Of a stretch of 64,000 bases of DNA, positions 58,101-64,000 are shown one piece after another; within the stretch, counting starts at the first letter, position 1; every line of letters starts with the position of its first letter. The stretch is from Candidatus Omnitrophota bacterium (GTDB taxonomy: Bacteria > Omnitrophota > Gorgyraeia > 2-02-FULL-51-18). Below the pieces are notes generated by a model, which saw nothing but the letters and a program-made list of their open reading frames with translations, ran no database searches and was not told where the DNA came from. Position numbers and translations under genes: made by a program. The stretch is taken from positions 1,485 to 65,484 of the forward strand of contig JACPWF010000019.1 in NCBI GenBank assembly GCA_016197155.1. Direction: 5' to 3'.

Positions 58101-61100
58101 TCCTGTCCCTTTCCGAAAGGAATGTACGCATTGACGGGGTTGGCGATCCGCGGAGGAACCGATTCATAAAAAATCACCTCGACCGGACGGCGGGCCCGGT
58201 TGACGTATTCTTGAACGGCCCGCCTCACAAAGCGTTCCTCGGGTTTGTTAAAACCGTCGTTCGGCACAATGAGAATCCGGGGGTCAAATCCGTTTAAATT
58301 ATTTGAAAGATCTTCCAAAGAAAAATGACGGACGGTATTTTTGTAGGCCAGCTTTTCAAATTCTCCGATCACCTCGCCAAAAAATGGCGCGGAATCGCCC
58401 TCTTCCAGCTCCACGACCGCAATCCCGGCATCTCTCGGAAGCGCGCCGTACTTTACTCCTTTGGCTTGCTCGTCCTGTGGAAGATTTGACAAAATCACGC
58501 CGCCCGCTTCCGGAAGCGGGAGAAACTGCCTCGCACCGGCCAGCCGGGCGGCAGGGGCAGGCATGGAGGGTTTTCCCGGCTTTTCGAACTCCCGGTAGAC
58601 CTCAACCATTAAAGTTAAAGGGGTCAAATCTTTCTTTGACTGCATGTTCCCCGCCAACCGCGCGGCGAGAGCGACAGGATTATTTCCAAAAATAAAAGGA
58701 TGTGTTATACTCTCCGCAATGCTCACGAAAAATTTCTGGACGGAGAAAAGGCTCGATGCGGTGGGCAAGACCTCTCTGACACTGTTCCAAGCGTTTTTGA
58801 TCGCCGCGGCGCTGGGAGGAATATTCGGTAAAATCGAGTCCGGTTGGCATAAGGCCCTGTTTGTCGCGGCAACCGTGATATTTTTGGCTTTGGGCATCAC
58901 TCTTTCGGATAACAAGCCAAAGGAGAAATAAAATGTTCGGACTAATAACTGCCATCGTGATCGGGCTGGTTCTATCCATCTGGATAGCCATTGAGCGGTA
59001 CCAGCAGAAACACCGGCATTCGCATTAATTCTTCCGCAATTCCACCCTTCCCTTCCCGCCTGATTTCCGTCTCCTGACAACTGTGTTAAAGGGGTCAAAT
59101 CTTTCTTTGACTGCATGTTCCCCGCCAATCGGGCGGCGCTGGGATTTTCTCGCCCTTCGCTGACTACTGTCTTCTGTCCACTGACTCCTGTCTCTTCTCC
59201 CGCCAGCCGCCCGCCACTAGGGCGTTGGCGCCCGTCCGCCGGATCTGTAGTGGCGGAGGCAGGCGCGGCGTTCGGGCTTATAGAGAAATAACGGTAGCGG
59301 TCTGCGCTCGAAGGATTTCCGGTTTGAATGAAACTGCAATTGTAATCTTTATCCGTAAAAAGCCTCCTAATCTTATCCAGCCGTTTATTGATCGCTTGAA
59401 GGTCCTCGGTATTTGTATTTGGTGGATAGGAAATACACACGCGCCATTCGCCGTCTGCCTCGGTTAAGACTGCGTCGTGATATTCCTGCGGTACTCCTCT
59501 GGCAAACTCAAGCATCTTGGAGGTATCCCCGGCAGTAAACCCCGCCAGGCGGGCCTGCCCGTCCGCCAGGCGCGCCCCCTGCCCTGAGCCTGCCGAAGGG
59601 GTGGCGCGGCGGGTAGCAAGAATACGGAGAATGCTTTCTTTCTCCGCCTCGTAATTTTTACCATGTTTGCCGGAAAGGGCTACCGCCTCCGAAAGCCCGG
59701 CGTCAAGATTCTCCTCGTTTTGGGCAAACCAGTTGACGCTTCGCACGGGCCCAAATGCTGGGGCGTCCGGACGCCCTCGCGTTTGAAGATAGGTCCGGAT
59801 CTTATGCATGATCTGATTGTTATCTCTGATAGTATCCGTTTGCGCCGGCCCATCCACCGTGATGACTGACTCCGCAATGAAGTCCTCGTCCACTCCGCTT
59901 CGTATTAGCAAAGCGATCAGGAGGAGTTTGAACTCTTTTCTCCTTTCACCAAATAAAATAGGGACTCTCTCTTGTTCTGCCTGGGCGGGATCCCTTTCGT
60001 TTTTTTGTCTTCCTCTGATTACCGCCCACCGGTTTCCGCCCACTACCCTTCCCCCCGCCAGGCGAGCGGCGGAAATGTCACTATGGGAGCGCAGTGGGTT
60101 TGGATAAGAGACCAGCGCTGACGGGAGAAGTTCATCGTCACTTTTTTCACCGGAAATTTTAAAGTCGGGTATTGTCTGCCTTGTCTCCAGATCAAAAGCG
60201 CTGAGCGAGCCGTTCCAATCCCTAATCACAACAAGCCGGGAGTCCTGAGAGATTTTGTAGGAGTAGACCGTTTTGGCTTCCAGGCCTGCTATTTTTTCTC
60301 CCGTGCTGAGATCAAAAACGTTGAGCGATTCGCCGGGCCAGCCGTGAATCACGATGAATTTGGAGTCCGGGGAAATCCGGAAGGAGTGGACGTCGGGGAT
60401 CGGGTTTCCTATTTTCTGTCCCGTTTTGAGATTAAAGATATCCAGCGAGTAATCGGCCGTGTACCAAACCACAACGAACCGGGAGTCCGGGGAAATGTCG
60501 AAAGATTCGACATTTTTAGAAGTTCTCAGAACGGGCGCTTCCTCTCCCGTGTTGAGATTGAAAGCGGCTAATGAGCCGTCGTTGTACAAAATCACAACGA
60601 ACTGACTGTCCCGAGAGAAAACGCGGGTAATTTCGTCGGCGCGGGCATTCACCACGAGCGCCATGGATCCGGAACTGCCGCTTATCGAAAAGGCCGTCCG
60701 CGGCGGGATCGAGATCGAATCTCCTTTGCGCAGAAAGATGCTCGGATACCCGTCCGTTTTCAGGTAGACACCGCCCTGCCCTTCCCCCACAAAAATTTGA
60801 GTTTCGTCCGGACGCGCCTCAAAGGATTGTTCGGTCGCGCCGTCCTCATAAAAGTAGCGGCGGAATTCAAGGTCGCCCTCCAGGATTTGCCGGAAAAGAG
60901 GTTCTTTTTTATCGGCAACGCGAACGATGCCCAAATCTTCGCGCGTGGTCCTGCCGTCCCGCTCCGAACGGACCTTGGCGGCATTATTTTTTCTGCGAAC
61001 ATAGGGCAGGCTGGTCATAAAAATAAGGTGCAGATCCCCGTCGCCGGTCGAGGTGATCGAGTGCATCGCCCCCGCCGGAATCATGAAAAAATCTCCGGCC

Positions 61101-64000
61101 TCAACTTCGATGGATCTTCTCCCGATGTGAACGACGCCCTTGCCCTCGCGGATATAATAAAATTCGGGATGCTTTCTTTGCCCGACATGGTGTTTGTGCT
61201 TGGGGAGGCGGCTTTCGCCGGTCAGGGAGGCGGTGTTCATCAAAACGCCGGGGCCTTTCTGCATGCGTCCCAATCGAATGCGCACCGAAGGATTCATGGG
61301 GGCGCGCTTAACGGCCGTCCCGAAACTCACGATTCGCCCGATCTTGCTCACCGTGGGATCTGTCAAAACAGTCGAAATCGCCCGCTCAAACCGCTCCTGC
61401 AAACTGACACCGGCCGTTTCTTTCAAATCCAGAAAGTTCCCGGCGATCGCCTTCGCCAAAGCGTAAGGGTGATAGCCTCCAGTGGCGCCTTCGACCACGA
61501 CTTGAAACGGGGAGTCCCTGCCAGGCCCTCGAGGGTTTACTTTCACAGTCAAGCGGCGCCCTTTAAAATCCGCCTCGACCGACTCTATTCCCGCTTTTGT
61601 TAATTCAGCGTCCGTGTACGCATTGTCACTCAATCGCGCGGCGGATTCACTCGAAGGCTTGAAAGGCTCGATCACGATCCTGCCGTGGACATGATCGACC
61701 GTTAAAGTAAATCGCTGATCAAAAGATCCGGCGGGCAACCGCTCTGTAATCATACGATCCAAATGGTTAGTTATGTTCGTTGTTTGTTTACCATCTCTAA
61801 GCGTCGGTAAATAAATGCTGTCGATGAACACGTCATTTCCTTTGTCTGAATAAAAGACCTGGACAAAGCCTGTGGGCGACACTGATTCCCAATGGGACAG
61901 GATGGACATAGCCTCCCTCACTAAATTACTCTCCCGAACCACCATCGGGTCGGCGGTGCGAGGCCCATGCTGTTCAGCTAAAGGGGTCAAATCTTTCTTT
62001 GACTGCATTTTCCCCGCCAACCGCGCGGCACTGGGATTTTCTCGCCCTTCGCTGACTACTGTCTTCTGTCTACTGACTTCTGTCTCTTCCCCTGCCAACC
62101 GCGCCGCTTTATACGTTCGTAGTTTTTCTGCTATCAACACCGGCCGCATGCCGTCCTTTAATTCTAAATCCCGAAATTCACGCACCAACATTAGTGAGCG
62201 ACGGTCATTTGGACGGAACATCGTTTTTGGAGATTGATACCCGGAGAATCTCCTTTCGTGAAAGAAAATATTGTACGCTTCAAAACGTTCGATTTCCTGG
62301 CTGGAAAAAGGCTGTCCGTCTTTACGTGTAACGGATAAACGAATAGTCCATGTCTCGGACGTCTTACAAATACCAATGGTCATCAGGTAGGGCCCGTGTT
62401 TTATTGACAACTCGTCTCTAAAATTACTCCGAGGGGGCCGCTCGTCACGAGCTTTCTTCACAGCGCCGACGATGAAGCCGGTAATTTGTTCCCGTTTATT
62501 TTCAAATATAAACCTGAGAAAACTGTCAACGAAAACTCCAAAACTCCGGTAGTTCAATAAATAGTAGATATAGTTAACAAAACTAAACATGGGAGAAAAG
62601 CCGATACTTGTCCCTAATTGTAAAATTTTATAGGGATAGCTAAAAAGTAAACCACCCAACACAAACAGCCATGGAAGAAATATTCCGTATCTAGAAAACT
62701 TCCATAGCCCATAGGTTACGGGTTTCCAATCGCTCTCTTTTGCAGGCATTTTGTTTTCCAGACTCGCCAGCCGCGCGGCAGATGCAGGCGAGGCGTGCCT
62801 TCTCGCCTCTTTCAAAAGTCTGTTGATTTCTCGGCCTTGCCGCGTTTGACCCCAACGTCTTTCTATGTTTCCTTCCTCAATGAAAGCTCTATGAGGATTC
62901 CCAGGAGACAAGCGAAAGAAATGCCTCGGGTCTATACGACCGGCCGCTTCATCCGCGACCACAAGAACGGCGTTCTGCGCCAGATGCATCCAGGAAGCCG
63001 TGGCGCTTGAATTAGGCGGCATCGCCCAAGAACGCCGGAGCGCTTCGGCTTTATGCGGACCGGCGACCATGAACAAATTGACCGAGTCTGGATTATTCGT
63101 GCGAAGCATAATGTCGCCGGTGCCCTGGGTGAAAGCGTACCTTGGAGTGACATCGTAATTGTCTAACGCATATTGAAAAGCCTCTTGAAAATGTTCGAGC
63201 GATGCAAACTGGTATTTTGTTTCCGGATAATGCCCGGCCAATTTGTCGAAAGTAATCTCTTCCAGCATCCCGGCCAAAATCTCGATCAAGTCCAAAAGAT
63301 GCGCGATGCCGCTGTCTCCCATAAAACGCAGGAAAAACGGATGAAAGGCTGGGCCGAAATGACCACGATTTTGCACTTGAGTGGCTTCCACCACTTGAGT
63401 CAAATGATCCGGCCTCAAAACTCTTAGAGACTGAGGAACTCTTTCCAGGGAATCGGGAATACGCAATCCGGGAAAGTGCTTCGCGGGGTCGCCTCTCCTT
63501 AGGTCTGGTGAAGGTAGGAGGAAAGGATCATTAAACGCATCATGTCCGGTTGTTCCAACGCCGTGAAGTTGAAGCAAAATCCTTTCTGCAGCTTCCATAA
63601 ATATAGCCATAAGCCTGACATAATTAACACTACTATCGACCCATGGAGATACAAAAACAGGCGGCGATAAAAACTGTCCTTTGATATGCTCAATCGGGAA
63701 TTTTCTTCCCAATAAATTGACCAACATCATGTAAAGCTGTTCTTCGCGGTAACTGGACAAAGCGTACACTTGCGGATCAGTGACCATCTTTTCACCGTCC
63801 ATAGGCGGCCAGAAATAATCATCCAACGTGGTCCATCGCTTGGCTTTGTCAAAAGCCTTTAAAGTAAATTGACCTGGAAACGCCTGTCCAATCAGGTTCC
63901 AAAGTCCCAAGGCTTTTCGCAGGCTTTCGGTGGTTCCACCGGTGGCCAGACCAAAATTGAACTGCTCCTCGGCCGCATGAACGAGAGCCAAAACAAGGTG
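52184..64000 (-). CDS. Giant modular ORF (>3935 aa, N-terminus beyond the window). It consists of heterogeneous enzyme-like and membrane modules joined by linkers carrying a recurrent (A/G)ARLA(G) motif.
   Basis: 11.8 kb with no stop codon in one frame, and no long ORF on the opposite strand. The minus frame carries recognisable domains: a cupin (about 61000-61200), a 4-bladed beta-propeller/WD-like repeat (about 60150-60650), an LmbE/PIG-L deacetylase (SPHPDDD, about 57800), tandem class II aldolase/adducin domains (GGNTSVR...HVHSP, about 55200-56300), and TM segments. Confidence 0.75.
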   Translation of the reverse strand, partial: HLVLALVHAAEEQFNFGLATGGTTESLRKALGLWNLIGQAFPGQFTLKAFDKAKRWTTLDDYFWPPMDGEKMVTDPQVYALSSYREEQLYMMLVNLLGRKFPIEHIKGQFLSPPVFVSPWVDSSVNYVRLMAIFMEAAERILLQLHGVGTTGHDAFNDPFLLPSPDLRRGDPAKHFPGLRIPDSLERVPQSLRVLRPDHLTQVVEATQVQNRGHFGPAFHPFFLRFMGDSGIAHLLDLIEILAGMLEEITFDKLAGHYPETKYQFASLEHFQEAFQYALDNYDVTPRYAFTQGTGDIMLRTNNPDSVNLFMVAGPHKAEALRRSWAMPPNSSATASWMHLAQNAVLVVADEAAGRIDPRHFFRLSPGNPHRAFIEEGNIERRWGQTRQGREINRLLKEARRHASPASAARLASLENKMPAKESDWKPVTYGLWKFSRYGIFLPWLFVLGGLLFSYPYKILQLGTSIGFSPMFSFVNYIYYLLNYRSFGVFVDSFLRFIFENKREQITGFIVGAVKKARDERPPRSNFRDELSIKHGPYLMTIGICKTSETWTIRLSVTRKDGQPFSSQEIERFEAYNIFFHERRFSGYQSPKTMFRPNDRRSLMLVREFRDLELKDGMRPVLIAEKLRTYKAARLAGEETEVSRQKTVVSEGRENPSAARLAGKMQSKKDLTPLAEQHGPRTADPMVVRESNLVREAMSILSHWESVSPTGFVQVFYSDKGNDVFIDSIYLPTLRDGKQTTNITNHLDRMITERLPAGSFDQRFTLTVDHVHGRIVIEPFKPSSESAARLSDNAYTDAELTKAGIESVEADFKGRRLTVKVNPRGPGRDSPFQVVVEGATGGYHPYALAKAIAGNFLDLKETAGVSLQERFERAISTVLTDPTVSKIGRIVSFGTAVKRAPMNPSVRIRLGRMQKGPGVLMNTASLTGESRLPKHKHHVGQRKHPEFYYIREGKGVVHIGRRSIEVEAGDFFMIPAGAMHSITSTGDGDLHLIFMTSLPYVRRKNNAAKVRSERDGRTTREDLGIVRVADKKEPLFRQILEGDLEFRRYFYEDGATEQSFEARPDETQIFVGEGQGGVYLKTDGYPSIFLRKGDSISIPPRTAFSISGSSGSMALVVNARADEITRVFSRDSQFVVILYNDGSLAAFNLNTGEEAPVLRTSKNVESFDISPDSRFVVVWYTADYSLDIFNLKTGQKIGNPIPDVHSFRISPDSKFIVIHGWPGESLNVFDLSTGEKIAGLEAKTVYSYKISQDSRLVVIRDWNGSLSAFDLETRQTIPDFKISGEKSDDELLPSALVSYPNPLRSHSDISAARLAGGRVVGGNRWAVIRGRQKNERDPAQAEQERVPILFGERRKEFKLLLIALLIRSGVDEDFIAESVITVDGPAQTDTIRDNNQIMHKIRTYLQTRGRPDAPAFGPVRSVNWFAQNEENLDAGLSEAVALSGKHGKNYEAEKESILRILATRRATPSAGSGQGARLADGQARLAGFTAGDTSKMLEFARGVPQEYHDAVLTEADGEWRVCISYPPNTNTEDLQAINKRLDKIRRLFTDKDYNCSFIQTGNPSSADRYRYFSISPNAAPASATTDPADGRQRPSGGRLAGEETGVSGQKTVVSEGRENPSAARLAGNMQSKKDLTPLTQLSGDGNQAGREGWNCGRINANAGVSAGTAQWLSRWIEPARSRWQLLVRTFYFSFGLLSERVMPKAKNITVAATNRALCQPDSILPNIPPSAAAIKNAWNSVREVLPTASSLFSVQKFFVSIAESITHPFIFGNNPVALAARLAGNMQSKKDLTPLTLMVEVYREFEKPGKPSMPAPAARLAGARQFLPLPEAGGVILSNLPQDEQAKGVKYGALPRDAGIAVVELEEGDSAPFFGEVIGEFEKLAYKNTVRHFSLEDLSNNLNGFDPRILIVPNDGFNKPEERFVRRAVQEYVNRARRPVEVIFYESVPPRIANPVNAYIPFGKGQEDLEKALSALRAHLTQLFRTGYEAVLKWLAKYGASMGKIRGLLEDSAGHANPVTVMHYDAEGNATPVTPEQAKNILGKISRAYPLVILSPHPDDDVIALAGLILNSLRAGISVQNWVAGAGDSGVARLSDDQVAAAIGYLKSLNEEEARAFWERIQREHGVYRRVISELDLEKLPGDARRDFETRYTTFGEVENLKLEVSHWTAGKEMSVGLEQVARRVIRRLEVEKASSILSEGMPKPLEVKWLDLLLPAYAHRVGGPPEWLWDEEYPTALGIARAYFKANRYAILTAKARGTPFIYILPHEEDSHPHHRTTTKLFRRAFLEAGKEVGLDSEKDMIEIDYLAPWAGGYNTYFFTNRTPGASDYFQAAIEYGFAIAVLIGELTADRFGLPSPKVEAMSGLKGNVWAQRGRREIFTPEIPGARLAGLAAQLPHVVVIGDARSTEKEMAALSGQYHVDSFDTVPAFLKSDGNPPDLVIAVYSGSNPTVLLEILTSLQEAHIDKSRILIVSGYTDTLGRAEQKGIAAIEQREMRSFENPEYPGRFLREVNRLIESAARTALTSEAQWLRGELQPLLARCQEEGLDYAVVSMRVGESVIFAGEATEEIEQIHRAIYEKNKKVQFIVQSRPAAAQALLAKRFDENEWNAPETLLPLVTPDHIALPKERGPLLLVDEDPKIAEAMTGHTVVMTTRHGLIAVGTNSREALFRAMVEVDSIRTRMVSEILGRPTGLSEEEANDLLGSPIELDRQAELEGKPVETKAEVMDLGENLASDHAIASAREVLTAVGRQIAQKRLVVGPGGNTSVRVRLQTSNGERDIILIKASGKAFEDMRPEEYVGVDLEAGHRVKGLGENLKPSSETAFHLAIYRARRDAQAVVHVHSPVATGFASSGNVGHTFRLREGEEPIVSIHYTFPGDPLAAEVGKKIVRVNELLLANHGTINVGVGFAGFPGEALRRAFNDAVEMETRAIQIFTETTSGSSAARLADSNRMWLAGFIASGMAVGALFGLIFENILLGLASGLVLGLIVYFISSPVSDSSQGARLSARSNASKGGISPVGLPQNPLPFDRWQAGDIVEVTTVGTFTGRKIVNRGQILRRLKRRINGALVDVVMVSGSLGIYSESDCERGFIRFIARPEESAGARLALRRGPSGLAQGFRGEGPTSPEQVERNETRRGLSRAQSRGARMATRIRGVVVRIYHWFGDLQTRDSFNRGLPIYFDSFVKQQANRKSQTPHAGAWEGEDTNDYAALALGMLDKIPAGSKRRLRLTDDFLKAYNAFFDTGNFANEDLLRDIFKNLENFKNPLAEPLLNVARKYNIGGVNKPRAQIQPDERRARPAAARLAGDGPETQRILMGRDEAVELLNNAVSEADRNYSLFAQSPSTMAKAQAPVYQQTARFLRSLASEAAGWESVPDTLRDWIERAGQNPIARDILSGLLSKRQELLALKLKAIEEAFDAAGADSRLVLRDTRTDEEYRIVKIPSARYLWTFGLRLFAENHFYGDGSNLVLTTEAPRGARLAEGQSIQAELLEKRPEVTSPDDRYLRFKLAPHAVNGKKSPGTLAHVRFILEHGGLFPEWAGRMIRAEIRKVADEVRGAHSEEGYRTRVSSIITGLDNGPQSYNYVDLWVFGPKKSSSAVRAARLAVTDSARKERRILAGSDPKFATSVSQKIIDQINDQSLLQFTVLVYDAQRKTGLIALDGRVLEIRLSEDGSLFVLGTGGAAVRIERKDYPFLLYQARHQASSTATAQIPSGIQISQADLKEALGAELMRIDRFTAAHEDLSKMAGAAELNVDDFYTRESSPYMTAMLAYTIVFESRRDPLARFVLRGDSARVEAIKKMTTGLGAAEAILDQAPRGMSPVKITDVNRPFAPRAGERYFYVNLKSPGLPNLNFILRAALTESRFAASDMAASNPVFVEWARAAGFPVNNLPQLLLVILGQTNDPRIIALYLYLPRPVPVGAQMRAFAFAARMAAQAV
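58612..58667. repeat. Dispersed repeat R1 (short form, 56 nt) lying in-frame within the giant ORF
   Basis: ttaaaGGGGTCAAATCTTTCTTTGACTGCATGTTCCCCGCCAACCGCGCGGCG. It contains the hairpin GGGGTCAAA..TTTGAC..CCCC and encodes AARLAGNMQSKKDLTPL on the minus frame. Confidence 0.7.
58719..58931 (+). CDS. Small membrane protein (70 aa, 2 TM), encoded antisense inside the giant ORF
   Basis: MLTKNFWTEKRLDAVGKTSLTLFQAFLIAAALGGIFGKIESGWHKALFVAATVIFLALGITLSDNKPKEK. TATACT lies 7 nt upstream of the ATG, suggesting a possibly leaderless transcript. Confidence 0.4.
   Translation: MLTKNFWTEKRLDAVGKTSLTLFQAFLIAAALGGIFGKIESGWHKALFVAATVIFLALGITLSDNKPKEK
58933..59028 (+). CDS. Small hydrophobic peptide (31 aa, single TM, type-I-toxin-like architecture), encoded antisense inside the giant ORF
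   Basis: MFGLITAIVIGLVLSIWIAIERYQQKHRHSH, preceded by a perfect SD AAAGGAGAAA with 6-nt spacing, 2 nt after the stop of the upstream small gene. Confidence 0.5.
   Translation: MFGLITAIVIGLVLSIWIAIERYQQKHRHSH
59086..59216. repeat. Dispersed repeat R2 (long form, about 131 nt) lying in-frame within the giant ORF
   Basis: Same 5' part as R1, plus the CTGACT-rich 3' part. It is almost identical to R3. Confidence 0.7.
61978..62108. repeat. Dispersed repeat R3 (long form, about 131 nt) lying in-frame within the giant ORF
   Basis: Near-identical to R2 over about 130 nt. Confidence 0.7.

Noticed and set aside
52184-63991. Interpretation of the giant ORF as an artefact of overlapping ordinary genes
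   Set aside because: No stop codon in 3936 consecutive codons. Recognisable domains are all in this single frame. The opposite strand has no ORF longer than 270 codons. Internal repeat insertions are exact multiples of 3. It was kept as a real giant ORF, pending resequencing.

Overview
High-GC bacterial chromosome segment with almost everything on the minus strand. Because it encodes LolC/E, Lnt, LptE, BamD and SecA, the organism is probably diderm.

Gene order, left to right:
- a LolC/E permease fragment
- lysS
- a YafQ/DinJ toxin-antitoxin pair
- lnt, secA, and prfB with its classic +1 frameshift site
- a short uvrC, murJ, rpsT (+), holA, lptE, a bamD-like gene
- a complete rib operon (ribE-ribD-nusB-ribH-ribBA) running directly out of the dcw cluster
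- the dcw cluster mraZ-rsmH-ftsL-ftsI-murE-murF-mraY-murD-ftsW-murG-murC/murB-ddl-ftsQ-ftsA-like, with no ftsZ; murC is fused to murB and interrupted by one in-frame TAG
- HAMP and PDZ proteins
- RNase P RNA, rnhA, a COG1579 zinc-ribbon protein, a nucleotidyltransferase
- two tRNAs (Val-CAC, Met-CAT)
- rpoD-dnaG-cvpA
- rsmE
- an exopolysaccharide locus: GH26, response regulator, BcsA-like GT2-PilZ synthase, TPR/beta-barrel porin, TPR protein, hybrid sensor kinase
- a DUF4143 AAA ATPase

Most unusual features:
- A stop-free minus-strand ORF longer than 3935 aa that runs off the 3' window edge. It strings together unrelated enzyme-like modules (cupin, beta-propeller, LmbE/PIG-L deacetylase, tandem class II aldolase, membrane segments). 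The modules are joined by linkers carrying a recurrent (A/G)ARLA(G) peptide, 17 occurrences written with different codons.
- A dispersed repeat family, 56-131 nt, inserted in-frame in that ORF. One repeat pair brackets a 474-bp segment carrying two antisense small membrane-protein genes with a perfect RBS.
- A tandem pair of about 130-nt tRNA-Val-derived elements with GC-hairpin insertions. The two copies have 100% identical flanks but anticodon arms that differ by covarying substitutions (CAC vs GAC). They sit between tRNA-Val and the nucleotidyltransferase gene and end in an encoded ACCA.

Several promoters match TTGAC(A/T)-17-TATACT.
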